Shown here piece after piece: positions 9,857 to 18,819 of a DNA stretch of 30,131 nucleotides. Source of the stretch: a virus (Duplodnaviria > Caudoviricetes). Location of the stretch: positions 1 through 30,131 of the IMG/VR virus record IMGVR_UViG_3300037423_000274, one strand, 5' to 3'. Below the pieces are notes generated by a model. That model was not told the origin of the DNA and searched no databases. It saw nothing but the letters and a program-made list of their open reading frames with translations. Both the position numbers and the translations under genes were made by a program. The number at the start of each line of letters is the position of its first letter. Position 1 is the stretch's first letter.

Positions 9857-9865
9857 TGAAAATCC

Positions 9866-10084
9866 CTAAGTGCCGTGCGTTACTTCGATGGTCACAACGT
9901 CGCCCACGTCGCCCGGCGTGTATTTGGCGTGCGCTCGCCCGCTGGCGTCTGTATATGCCTCTACCGGCTCCAGCAGGCCGCTTCCGGTCAACGTCCATTG
10001 GACGCTGACGTTCGGCGGCCCGGAGAAGATCAGCAGCGACGTCGCGTCGACGGCGACGTTTTGTGGGTAGGCTGAAATTGTCAT
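9866..10084 (-). CDS. Small stand-alone Big_1/invasin-like Ig domain protein
   Basis: 72 aa; PNVSVQWTLTGSGLL...TDASGRAHAKY; ATGA overlap with the tape measure stop. Confidence 0.65.
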   Translation of the reverse strand: MTISAYPQNVAVDATSLLIFSGPPNVSVQWTLTGSGLLEPVEAYTDASGRAHAKYTPGDVGDVVTIEVTHGT

Positions 10085-13000
10085 CGGTGTGCCAGTTGTC
10101 GAGCCATCTCGCCCTCAAGCCACCCGGAAAGCGTCATGTGCATGACGTCGGGATGGATTTGCAGCGTGACCGGAGGAGGAGCGGCGTTTGCCTGCCCGGT
10201 TTTGAGCGAACGAAGCCGCTCCGCGTCGTAGGCCGGCACGATCATTTCGCCCTTGTGGATCTGCGCGATCATGTCGCGCGGCACACGGTCTGTGCCGACG
10301 TCGAAGCTGAACATGTTGGAGAAAAACCCACCGATCGAGTCCAGGAAACCACCGCCCGATCCTCCGTTCACCATCGAGATATCGGCATTCGCATTCGGAC
10401 CTGACGACCCGCCGCCAAACAGACCCCCGAACAGGCCGCCAGAGCCGAACAATGAGCCGCCAAAGCTTGTACCGCCCTTGCCGAACAGCGACTCGAACAG
10501 ACTGCGCCCCAGTTGCTCGGAAATCAGCTTCGTGAACGTGGATCTAAGGCTTTCGCCGAAGTTCTTGATGGCTTCGCCCGCCGACTTGGACCGGCTGATG
10601 ACGCTGTCGAAGAAATTCGTGAAGCCGCCCTTAATGTTTTCGTCCAGCGTCTGCTTAACGCGAGCATCCTCCGGGTTCATTTCGGACAGGATCGCATCAT
10701 TCCGAGCTTTAGCCAGGTCGAGCGCCTTCAGGCGTCGGTCCTTCTCGGCTTGAGGCGCATCCGATGCCTCAATCAGCGCACGTTCCCTCTTGATCAGATC
10801 ATCAAGTTGGCGAGCCTCCTCCTTCCGCAGGTCGAAAATCTTCTGTTCGGCCTGGTACTTGGAGAGGCTGCCGGATTTAACGTCAGCATCGACTGCGGAT
10901 TCTTTGGTCTGCGTGTCCTCTTGCACCTTCTTGACCGCATCGCCGTACTCATCCCATGCGGCGGTCAGTTTCGCGGTATCGATGGCCTGCTGCGCGCGGA
11001 CCGCATGCTCGTAGTCGCCATTACGCAGGTATTCTTCCTGGTCCTTCTTGAGCCTCTGGATTTCGCGCGCTAGAACGGACTGGCTTTTCTTGCCTTCGGC
11101 CTCCAGTTGCTGGGCGTCCAGCTGCAAGCCCTTCTCTTTCAGGGCATTGAGGTCTTTCTGGCGCTGCACCTCGACCGATTTCTCGTTGTCAGACAGGTCG
11201 CGCTTGCGCAGCGTGATTTCGGTCTCGGTGCGGTTCACGCCGGCCTTGTCGCCCTGCTTCTGGTAGGCGGCCTTTTCGCGCTCGAGCTCTTTGATCTGCG
11301 CATCGACGCTCTTGCGCATCGTCGCGAGCTTGTCGTCGTAATACTCGTCGATGGAGAGCTTGCCGGCCTTGTAGAGCTCGTCCTCTGCCTTCATGTGGCG
11401 CGCGAGTTCATCCTCCTCGAGGCGCAGATCGTTCTTGGCGTCGTCGAGGTTGGCGTCGTAGTTGGCGAAGCGTCCGCGCTTCTTGCCGCTACCGAGCAGG
11501 CCAGCGGAATCGGCTTTGTTCGCGGCCAATTTCGCATTGATCTCCTTCTGCCGCTTGATCTCATCCTCTACAGCCTGCGCAGCCGGAGATACCTCTTCGC
11601 CACGATCCCAATCGCCCGACGCGCCGCCGCGCACGCCACGTGTCGCCGGCTTGGCTCCAGGAGTTCCAAGTTGGACTATCTTGTGGAGATGCGCGCGATT
11701 GTTCGCTTCGACTTGGGCATCGGCCGCGTCATTGGACACGAATCCGAAGAACTCCTTCGTCCTGACCCACATATTTTTGAAATCATTGACCACGCGATCC
11801 GAAAGAATTGTGGCCCAATCGCCGACCGAACGCCCAAACACGTTGAGCTTCGAGATCCAGTCGCCGAGGCCGAGCTCCCAGGCGGCAATGATCGCTGTGA
11901 TAATCAAACCAAGCGGCGTGAAGCCGCCTAGGATCGTGCGCACAGCAACGGCGATGAGGCGCCCTGCCGCCACGATGCCGCCAGCGAAGTTCATGAATAT
12001 GGACCCGGCCTCCATTACGGCCTTGCCGATCAGGCCCGCCAGCCCGCCGAAGGTAACGCCGAACAACGTCTTGAGTCCAGCAAGGGCGAGACTCACGCCA
12101 GCCGCCGCACCAACAAGACCGAGCAGGAAGCCGAATACAGGGTGATCAGACGAGAACCGACCCAGCACCTGGATGATCTTGGTGAAACCCTCCAGCAACG
12201 GATTCAGGACCGGTAGCAGCGTCGTGCCGATAGCAATCGCGAGATCGTTGATCGCCTTGTGAAAGCGCTCCCAGGCGGCTACAGATAGTTTCTGGCCGTT
12301 CGCGACCTGCTCGTCCTTGCCTGCAGTCCCGGTGATATTGGCCGAGTCCTTCTCGATCAAATCCCTCTTCGACAGCAATTGGAATGCCGCCTCTGCCGCG
12401 TTCCGGTTCGGGAATAGGACATCGGTCTTGGCCTTAACCGCCGTCAGGTCATCCATATTGACGCCGGCGGCGACCAGCGCCGGGCGCAGGTATTCGTCGA
12501 CCCAGCGCTTGAAGTTCTTGCCGACGATCTCGGTGCCTGCGATGGCACCAGCCTGGATGCTGGTGACGCGGTTCGTGTTCTCGTTAATGTTGACCTTGCC
12601 CGGGTCGACGAGACCGAGTTTTAGCCATTCGTCGCGGTTCTTGGTCGTGATCGCGTTCGACTTCGTGATGCTGTTGACGAACGACGTCAGCATCGTACCA
12701 ACAGTGCCACCGGTGCCGCCGCCGCGCGTGTCCTGCTCGATCATCGCGGCGAACGTTACTAGCGCCTCGTCATCCATCGTGCGGCCGAGACCGCCCTTGG
12801 CGTAGGTCAGGTTGCCGAACAGGTTGTTCGGGTTCACGCGACCCTGCGTCGCGGCAACGATCTTCGTGACGAGATCCTGTTGCGCAGCCATGGCGACCGG
12901 GTCCATCGTCACGCCGCGGCCTTCCAGGAACTTGGCGAAATTCAGAGTGCCCTGTTCGTCGAGCTTCTTCCCGCTCGGCATCGACAGGTTGATGGCGAAA

Positions 13001-13851
13001 ACGGACTGTGCAAAGCCTTTGAGGCCTTCCGCCGCTTCGTGCGCGCTGCCGGTGGCATTGCGCAGGTCGATTGCCATCTCCAGCAGTTCGTTTTGGTCGA
13101 ATTGCTGAAAGTCGCGCCCCGTCTGGCGCACCGATTTATGGATCGCATCGGACTCTTCCGGCTTGAGCTTCATGTTGCGCAGACGGTTATCCGTGCGCTC
13201 GTATTCCGCCGCTTCGCTTACCGAATCTTTCAGGCCGTCCGCAATCTTGTGCGCGGCCCACAACTGCATCGTCCCCTTGAGCGTGTCGGCAAGCGTTGTC
13301 ACATGGCGGTTCGCGTTCTGCGCGCCGTTGCCGATGTTATTCATGGCGTTAGCCGTGCCGGTGCCAGCAGTCTGCGCGGCAGTGTGCAGTGCGTTCATGC
13401 CGCTAACCGCGCTGGTGACGTGCGTCATCAGGTTCTGCAGCGCGGTATTGAGCTGGGTGATCGTATTGTTGAGCTGCGTCGTGCCGCCCACAGCGGCATT
13501 CGCGCGCGTGCCGATGTTACCAACAGACGTGGCGACGCCGGATGCGTTGCTTTTCACGATCCCCATCGATGCGCCAAGCGCATTCATTGCCGCCGCAAAC
13601 GACGATACGGAGCCGGAGTTGGATGCGGCTGCGGTGATGCTGGCGATACCCTGCGCTGCGCTGTCCATCCGTGCCTTTGACAGCGACAGGGAGGATTGGA
13701 CCTCCTTCATGGCAGTTGCAAACGCAGTCATCTTGGACGACGCATTCGAAACCGCCGTTTCCAATGTGCCGAGCGTCGCAATGAACGCCTTGACGGGCGC
13801 GCTGGCCGTATCGACCAGATCCAGGCGCATCTCAATGTTCATCGATGCCAT
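10081..13851 (-). CDS. Tail tape measure protein
   Basis: 1256 aa, Ala-rich helical with a central hydrophobic stretch, coiled-coil region and C-terminal FDVGTDRVPRDMIAQIHKGEMIVPA motif; follows the tail chaperones. Confidence 0.95.
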   Translation of the reverse strand: MASMNIEMRLDLVDTASAPVKAFIATLGTLETAVSNASSKMTAFATAMKEVQSSLSLSKARMDSAAQGIASITAAASNSGSVSSFAAAMNALGASMGIVKSNASGVATSVGNIGTRANAAVGGTTQLNNTITQLNTALQNLMTHVTSAVSGMNALHTAAQTAGTGTANAMNNIGNGAQNANRHVTTLADTLKGTMQLWAAHKIADGLKDSVSEAAEYERTDNRLRNMKLKPEESDAIHKSVRQTGRDFQQFDQNELLEMAIDLRNATGSAHEAAEGLKGFAQSVFAINLSMPSGKKLDEQGTLNFAKFLEGRGVTMDPVAMAAQQDLVTKIVAATQGRVNPNNLFGNLTYAKGGLGRTMDDEALVTFAAMIEQDTRGGGTGGTVGTMLTSFVNSITKSNAITTKNRDEWLKLGLVDPGKVNINENTNRVTSIQAGAIAGTEIVGKNFKRWVDEYLRPALVAAGVNMDDLTAVKAKTDVLFPNRNAAEAAFQLLSKRDLIEKDSANITGTAGKDEQVANGQKLSVAAWERFHKAINDLAIAIGTTLLPVLNPLLEGFTKIIQVLGRFSSDHPVFGFLLGLVGAAAGVSLALAGLKTLFGVTFGGLAGLIGKAVMEAGSIFMNFAGGIVAAGRLIAVAVRTILGGFTPLGLIITAIIAAWELGLGDWISKLNVFGRSVGDWATILSDRVVNDFKNMWVRTKEFFGFVSNDAADAQVEANNRAHLHKIVQLGTPGAKPATRGVRGGASGDWDRGEEVSPAAQAVEDEIKRQKEINAKLAANKADSAGLLGSGKKRGRFANYDANLDDAKNDLRLEEDELARHMKAEDELYKAGKLSIDEYYDDKLATMRKSVDAQIKELEREKAAYQKQGDKAGVNRTETEITLRKRDLSDNEKSVEVQRQKDLNALKEKGLQLDAQQLEAEGKKSQSVLAREIQRLKKDQEEYLRNGDYEHAVRAQQAIDTAKLTAAWDEYGDAVKKVQEDTQTKESAVDADVKSGSLSKYQAEQKIFDLRKEEARQLDDLIKRERALIEASDAPQAEKDRRLKALDLAKARNDAILSEMNPEDARVKQTLDENIKGGFTNFFDSVISRSKSAGEAIKNFGESLRSTFTKLISEQLGRSLFESLFGKGGTSFGGSLFGSGGLFGGLFGGGSSGPNANADISMVNGGSGGGFLDSIGGFFSNMFSFDVGTDRVPRDMIAQIHKGEMIVPAYDAERLRSLKTGQANAAPPPVTLQIHPDVMHMTLSGWLEGEMARQLAHR

Positions 13852-13868
13852 AGAGCGTCTATCCGAAT

Positions 13869-13886
13869 TGTGTTACATTTTGAATA
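13869..13886 (+). promoter_or_regulatory. Putative extended -10 promoter giving a leaderless transcript
   Basis: TGTG-T-TACATT (-10 at 13874-13879), then 7 nt to ATG 13887; no SD sequence. Confidence 0.5.
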
Positions 13887-14429
13887 ATGCAAGAACGTCT
13901 CGCCGACCTGCTCAAGCTGTTTTTGCTCGCCCTACTGCTTTATGCGTTCGGGTGGTATCTGTCGCGCCTACCGTTTTGGTATGCGGTGTTCATGGCTTTC
14001 TTTTGCCCGGCCGTCGTTATCGTCGGAGTCCGGAAATACCGGGAGGCCGAGCAACAATTACGCATCTCCGATGTATCGCACCTATCACCGTTGGCATACG
14101 AGGCCTATTGCGCGCTACTGCTGCGCGACGCCGGCTGGCAGGCGCATACGACAGCGAGGCAAGATCAGGGCGTCGATGTGATAGCGGTCCTGCGCGGCAC
14201 GAAGGTCGCCATCCAGTGCAAGATGTACGCGCACCCGGTCGGCAATCGCGCCGTGCAGCAGGTTGTCGCCGGCCGGCTGCACTACGGCGCTCACATGGCT
14301 GTCGTGGTCAGCACGGCGCCCTATACGCGGTCAGCGCAGGCGCTCGCGGCCAGTACGCAAGTGCTGCTGCTACATCACGACCAACTACCGCACCTTGAAC
14401 GGTTGGCGCAGATACCGAGGAAGCGTTAG
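13887..14429 (+). CDS. Membrane-anchored Mrr-like restriction endonuclease (Mrr_cat, PD-(D/E)xK type); antisense insert
   Basis: Two N-terminal hydrophobic helices, then LSPLAYEAYCALLL..GW...DQGVDVIA...AIQCKMY..PVGNRAVQQV..G...Y...AVVVS...YT.SA..LA, matching the Mrr_cat pattern. Confidence 0.88.
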   Translation: MQERLADLLKLFLLALLLYAFGWYLSRLPFWYAVFMAFFCPAVVIVGVRKYREAEQQLRISDVSHLSPLAYEAYCALLLRDAGWQAHTTARQDQGVDVIAVLRGTKVAIQCKMYAHPVGNRAVQQVVAGRLHYGAHMAVVVSTAPYTRSAQALAASTQVLLLHHDQLPHLERLAQIPRKR

Positions 14430-14695
14430 CGCTCCGTCAGCGTCTTGACCGCATCGTTGATCTTGTCGCCCTCGGCATTCGCCGCCATCCAGCCATGCGC
14501 GAGCCGTTGCGCCGCTTCTTCCCGCTCGAGCACACTCCCCTCGCGCAGAAACAGCTTGATCTGGCTCAGGGTGTAGCCGGGGATGTCGCCCCATCGGTGG
14601 CCGGCGCGGATGAGGCGGGCGACGACGGCGCCCCAGTCCCACTCACGGCTTGCGTGAGGCGTTGCAGAACGGGAGACATCCGCTGGACGAAAAAA
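14426..14695 (-). CDS. Tail assembly chaperone, gpT-like part expressed as a G-T fusion by -1 frameshift
   Basis: The -1 frame is open from the slippery site: FFRPADV...WDWGAVVARLIRAGHRWGDIPGYTLSQIKLFL. Confidence 0.8.
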   Translation of the reverse strand, partial: FFRPADVSRSATPHASREWDWGAVVARLIRAGHRWGDIPGYTLSQIKLFLREGSVLEREEAAQRLAHGWMAANAEGDKINDAVKTLTER

Positions 14696-14985
14696 TCCCG
14701 GTTCACCTGGATGACCGTCGCCATCAGGTTCAGGCCCTCGTCGGACGGCAGCGTGTCGAACCAGGCGCGCGGCTTGCTTACCGCCAGGCACAGCAACGCC
14801 AGCAGATCCTCACCGCCGGCCGACGCGATCTCGATCAGGTCGCCACCTTCGATGACGTCCTTGATCTTCGCGAAGCACGCAGCGACTTTAGGCAATTGGC
14901 CGAACGGAAACGGGGAAACCTTGATGGTCTCCCCGCCGGCGTCGACCTCCTGCCCCGGGAACAGGGCTTTCAGGTCTTCGCTCAT
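14566..14985 (-). CDS. Tail assembly chaperone (gpG-like)
   Basis: 139 aa between tail tube and tape measure; contains the slippery site at NRDFF. Confidence 0.85.
   Translation of the reverse strand: MSEDLKALFPGQEVDAGGETIKVSPFPFGQLPKVAACFAKIKDVIEGGDLIEIASAGGEDLLALLCLAVSKPRAWFDTLPSDEGLNLMATVIQVNRDFFVQRMSPVLQRLTQAVSGTGAPSSPASSAPATDGATSPATP
14689..14695 (-). other. Programmed -1 ribosomal frameshift heptamer T TTT TTC
   Basis: In-frame GAT TTT TTC; a -1 slip enters the frame of the 14426-ending ORF (frames checked by hand). Confidence 0.85.
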
Positions 14986-14988
14986 ACG

Positions 14989-15756
14989 TTATGCCTTGAC
15001 GATCGTGAAGAATTGGGACAGATCGGTCGCCAACTGCGGCAGCGGCTTGGTCGTGTCCTGCAGCAGCATTCCATCGAGTTCAAACGTCTGGTGCTTGCGC
15101 TCAATGAGAGAGAACGCCTTGGCCATGTCGAGCGCAGCCTGGTGGCAGGTCACGATTACCGGCTGATTGCCTTGCGCCGTGTTGCGACCCTGCAGGCGCA
15201 GCGTATAGTAACGCTGGCCGGTGGTGAACGCTTCGACCTTGCCGTTGTAGGCGGCGTGGTCGTAGGTGACGGTCGTGGTCAGCGGCGTGCCTTCAGGGAT
15301 GGCGGACGAGGCGGCCAAGACCGTAATGGAGCCGTTCACCGCGTCGAGCGTGTAGTCGGTGCCCAGCACGGCGCCGGACACGACGACGTTCGACACGCCG
15401 GGGTGTGCCAGCGGCGTCATCAGGCCGTTGTACAGCACGACGGTTTCGGTGACCGACGTCGCGCTATCCACCGCGCCGGCACTGCCGCCCCAGGTTGCGC
15501 GTATCCAGTTGGCGATCTTGATGTCGAGCGTGCGCAACTTGACCGAGACATCCGTTTCGGTCGGGATGTGCGCCGCCGTCAGGCCGAGGCCAGACTGGGA
15601 CTCCTTGATGTCCTCGAACTTCTGCTTCGGGTCGATGCTGAACATATCGGTGTCGCCGATGAATTCGAAGCCACCGAGCGGCGCGCCGTTGAATGCACGC
15701 TCCTGGATGAACAACTGGCCCTGAAATAGACCGTACGAGCTATCGCTAAATGCCAT
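14989..15756 (-). CDS. Major tail (tube) protein
   Basis: 255 aa; YGLFQGQLFI...FIGD N-terminus; immediately upstream of the chaperone; SD AAGG. Confidence 0.85.
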   Translation of the reverse strand: MAFSDSSYGLFQGQLFIQERAFNGAPLGGFEFIGDTDMFSIDPKQKFEDIKESQSGLGLTAAHIPTETDVSVKLRTLDIKIANWIRATWGGSAGAVDSATSVTETVVLYNGLMTPLAHPGVSNVVVSGAVLGTDYTLDAVNGSITVLAASSAIPEGTPLTTTVTYDHAAYNGKVEAFTTGQRYYTLRLQGRNTAQGNQPVIVTCHQAALDMAKAFSLIERKHQTFELDGMLLQDTTKPLPQLATDLSQFFTIVKA

Positions 15757-15782
15757 GGTGATTTACCTTTCGAGGGAGTTGG

Positions 15783-16571
15783 TTAGGCGGCCGAGATATC
15801 GCGGTCCGTTTTGGCGACGATCTTGATCACGTTGCCCGAGGTGCCGCCCGAGGTGACGGTGATGCCGGTCACATCGACGAAGACCTTCGTGGTGTCGGAC
15901 AGGTTCGTCTCGTGCTCATCGGTCAGCGTCGAGATCGATACGGTCAGCGTGGCAGTCGTGCCGTCGAATTTCTTGCCGGTGATCGACAGCGCGGTCGTTC
16001 CGGTCAGGGCACCGACGTTCTTGGCGACCAGCTTGGCGCCGCTATATTTGGTTTTGTCGATCGCGGCCAGGTGCGTGTACGTGCCAGTTGTGGCGCCGGT
16101 AACGTTCACGCGGGCGATATCGAGGTCGGCGCCGATGAACACGTTCTTGGCCGACAGCGCCTTGAGGTGATCGGTGAACGCGGCATGGAAGCGCAGCGTC
16201 GGCGCGGATGCGTTCAGCGTCGACAGGTAGGCGTCCAGGTTCGTCGCGCCAGCGTAGCGCTTCACGTGCGTGTCGAGCGCCTTGATCATCGCGCTGATGC
16301 CCGGGATGCCCAGCAGGAAGCCAGTGGGCACGACGGGGTGCGATTCATCGAGGTCGCGCGCGGCTGGCAGCAGGTCGGCCGTCACTGCTTCGTCGTTGGA
16401 GTCGAGCAGGTACTGCGCGATGCTGCCCGAGCCGGACAGCACTGCGTTGCTTGCGGCATCCAAGCCGGCGGTGAACGAACTGTCGAAGGCCGGATCGCCG
16501 ACCGACATGGCGGCGAAGCGCGCGAGCTTGTCGCCGATGGCCTGAAGGTCGCTATTGCTGATGAGGGGCAT
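15783..16571 (-). CDS. Hypothetical virion-associated protein
   Basis: 262 aa; SD AAGGA; codon usage like the neighbouring structural genes; no family recognised. Confidence 0.7.
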   Translation of the reverse strand: MPLISNSDLQAIGDKLARFAAMSVGDPAFDSSFTAGLDAASNAVLSGSGSIAQYLLDSNDEAVTADLLPAARDLDESHPVVPTGFLLGIPGISAMIKALDTHVKRYAGATNLDAYLSTLNASAPTLRFHAAFTDHLKALSAKNVFIGADLDIARVNVTGATTGTYTHLAAIDKTKYSGAKLVAKNVGALTGTTALSITGKKFDGTTATLTVSISTLTDEHETNLSDTTKVFVDVTGITVTSGGTSGNVIKIVAKTDRDISAA

Positions 16572-16618
16572 AATATTTCCTTGTTGAGAGAATCCCGCTC
16601 ACCGCGGGCGGGTTACTG

Positions 16619-17068
16619 CTACATGAAAGCGTCGAGCGTGTAGTGCTGTTCGTATGCGAGGCGGTCTGGATAGACCATCGCGAGCTTCTGGCCGATGTAT
16701 CGCCAACGGTTGCCGGAAGGCGCTTCGCGGCCGTTGTCACGGACTGCAGCGATCACGGCTTCGAGCAGCGGGAACTGGGTCGAGATCAGGTCGTCCTGGC
16801 TCAGGTACGGCACGTAGATCACCACGCTGAAGACCTGCTGCACGTTCTCGCCGTTCGGGATCAGGCCGCCGCGCCCGCCGGACTGCGACGAACCGTACGG
16901 GCTCTCGTCAACCTGGTCCTTGCCGAACATGATCCAGGCGGCCGGCAGTGGAATCTTGGTCATCGCCGGGTCGGCGCCGCGACCACCAATCGCGAGACCA
17001 GCGCGCCCTTCGAAACCCTCGACGGACGACACGCGCGCGACGAGGTCGGCGGCGTTTTCAGAGATCAT
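16619..17068 (-). CDS. Tail terminator or completion protein
   Basis: 149 aa; LPAAWIMF motif; position between neck genes and tail tube. Confidence 0.65.
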   Translation of the reverse strand: MISENAADLVARVSSVEGFEGRAGLAIGGRGADPAMTKIPLPAAWIMFGKDQVDESPYGSSQSGGRGGLIPNGENVQQVFSVVIYVPYLSQDDLISTQFPLLEAVIAAVRDNGREAPSGNRWRYIGQKLAMVYPDRLAYEQHYTLDAFM

Positions 17069-17095
17069 TCTTGGAATTCCTTTCCAGCGCCGTCT

Positions 17096-17551
17096 TCACA
17101 GAAGCGCCTCGATGAACCGGACGGCCGAGAACTCCAGTTCCGCCGCTTCGGCATCGGACCACCCGATGAACGGGCGCGCGGCCATACGCTCGGTGCCGTC
17201 CTGCAGGTAGCCGGCATAGGCGACATCGGTCCCGATCACAACCCCGCCCTTTGCTCCGAACAGATCCCCTTGCGCACCATCATCGACCGCAAAACTGATG
17301 GAGTTGAGCAAGGTTCCCTCGTCCCACAGCAGTCCTTGGCCGGAATTTCCCTTGTGCTCGCGGTACTGTCGCGTCCTCGGCATCCATGGCGCCCACGCTT
17401 CGCCGCCCGGTGACTCTTTCGCCTTACGGATTCTGTTCTGCACTTCCTTTTGCATGCCGCTGCCGACGGATTCCAGCCAGGGCGACATGTTCAGCGCGGC
17501 GAGGCGGTTCAGCCCAGCAAGCGCTGATGCCAGATCGATGGTCATTGTCAT
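17096..17551 (-). CDS. Virion morphogenesis protein (Mu gpG / P2 gpS-like)
   Basis: Start moved to ATG 17551. Motifs SPGGEAWAPW, LLWDEGTLLNSI, IGTDVAYAGYLQDGTERMAARPFIG. Confidence 0.85.
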   Translation of the reverse strand: MTMTIDLASALAGLNRLAALNMSPWLESVGSGMQKEVQNRIRKAKESPGGEAWAPWMPRTRQYREHKGNSGQGLLWDEGTLLNSISFAVDDGAQGDLFGAKGGVVIGTDVAYAGYLQDGTERMAARPFIGWSDAEAAELEFSAVRFIEALL

Positions 17552-18165
17552 ATCGTGATCAACCTCAAGTGCGCGACGTAGCCGATGCTGGTGAAATCTG
17601 GCGCGTCGACGATGTATCGGATGCCGTTCTCGTCCTGCACGACGTCGTCCTGCTTCAGCGTGCCCTCGGGCAGCGGAATGAACGTGGTCCAGTGCGTGAT
17701 CGCCTGCCCCATCGTGGTCGCATACTGCGACTGCTTGATGTCCTCGCGCTTGAACTGCATGAAGCACGGGATGCCCGTGGCGTAGAACTCGATGGACTGG
17801 TCGCCGCCGTCATACGAGCCGCGGCCAATGGCAATCACGTGGTTCGTCTCGACCGCCTGGATCGGCAGGTTCGGTTGCATGTCGCCGATGTAGAACGTGC
17901 CGGCCGGCCCGATCAGGATGTCGCGCGGCTGGAGCAGGCGGCCGTCGGCGTAGCAGTACCACGTCGGGGTTTGGTACTTGTTCGGGATCGCGAACTTCTT
18001 CTCGGCGGCCAGCGCGACCGGGATGCGTTCGATCTTGTTGATGTCGTCCGTGACGGCGATCGGCTCGTCGAAGCGGTAGACGTCGTACATGAAGCCCACT
18101 TTCGCAGCCAGCTTTGCATAGCCAGCGTATTGCAGGGCCTGCAGTCGGGCACCGGTCATGCTCAT
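17548..18165 (-). CDS. Putative head-closure (head-tail joining) protein
   Basis: Start moved to ATG 18165 (overlaps the upstream TGA); C-terminal LKQDDVVQDENGIRYIV; synteny. Confidence 0.6.
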   Translation of the reverse strand: MSMTGARLQALQYAGYAKLAAKVGFMYDVYRFDEPIAVTDDINKIERIPVALAAEKKFAIPNKYQTPTWYCYADGRLLQPRDILIGPAGTFYIGDMQPNLPIQAVETNHVIAIGRGSYDGGDQSIEFYATGIPCFMQFKREDIKQSQYATTMGQAITHWTTFIPLPEGTLKQDDVVQDENGIRYIVDAPDFTSIGYVAHLRLITI

Positions 18166-18569
18166 GCGCGCACCAGATTCAAGCCACCGGCACCCAGCCC
18201 CGGCCCGGGTGGCACACCGAGAAACGCGCACATGCGCCGGCAGACCGACTTGAACAACCGCTCGCGGTCGCTTTGCTCGTTGGCATTGCGCTCCCAGACG
18301 GCTGCCTTGTTCGTATCGAGGTTGTCACCGACCGTGAGGATGGCAGACTCAAGCGCGGCGATCGGCGTCAGGTATGTGTCGACCAGGACGGTTTCTTCGC
18401 TCTCGGTCAGGTGGTCAAGGCGACCATCCAGCGTCAACGCGTTCAAGCCATCACGCGGGCCGGCATGGAAATACACCGGGTCGGAGTAGACAACCACGCT
18501 GGCATCACCGGACACCGGATATCCGGCCCAGCGACGCACGTCCACCTTCTGAGCATCGGTGAGTGCCAT
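18162..18569 (-). CDS. Putative head-tail adaptor protein
   Basis: 135 aa, helical, MALTDAQKVDVRRWAGYP; first neck gene after the capsid genes. Confidence 0.6.
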   Translation of the reverse strand: MALTDAQKVDVRRWAGYPVSGDASVVVYSDPVYFHAGPRDGLNALTLDGRLDHLTESEETVLVDTYLTPIAALESAILTVGDNLDTNKAAVWERNANEQSDRERLFKSVCRRMCAFLGVPPGPGLGAGGLNLVRA

Positions 18570-18571
18570 GA

Positions 18572-18763
18572 TTACTTCTGGCCGCTCTTGCCGGCTTTGG
18601 TCCCTGGCGCCGCCGTAGCTTCCGGCGCATCTTGCGCAGAACCAGCGTCAACAGGTTGAGGCGGCGTCATCGTGAAACCGCAGTGCTTCACGCATTCGCG
18701 CGCGTCGACCGGCTCCTTCTGGTGTTCGACGCCTTGCGGGTCGTAACAGGTAACAAGTGCCAT
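18572..18763 (-). CDS. Small hypothetical protein
   Basis: 63 aa; SD AGGAG; low-complexity C-terminus as often seen downstream of capsid genes. Confidence 0.7.
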   Translation of the reverse strand: MALVTCYDPQGVEHQKEPVDARECVKHCGFTMTPPQPVDAGSAQDAPEATAAPGTKAGKSGQK

Positions 18764-18801
18764 GAGACACTCCTAAAAATTAGCAATCAAGGATATATCC
18801 A

Positions 18802-18819
18802 TGTGCCATAATCACTCAC
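18802..18819 (+). promoter_or_regulatory. Putative extended -10 promoter giving a leaderless transcript
   Basis: TGTG-C-CATAAT (-10 at 18807-18812), then 7 nt to ATG 18820; no SD at normal spacing. Confidence 0.55.
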
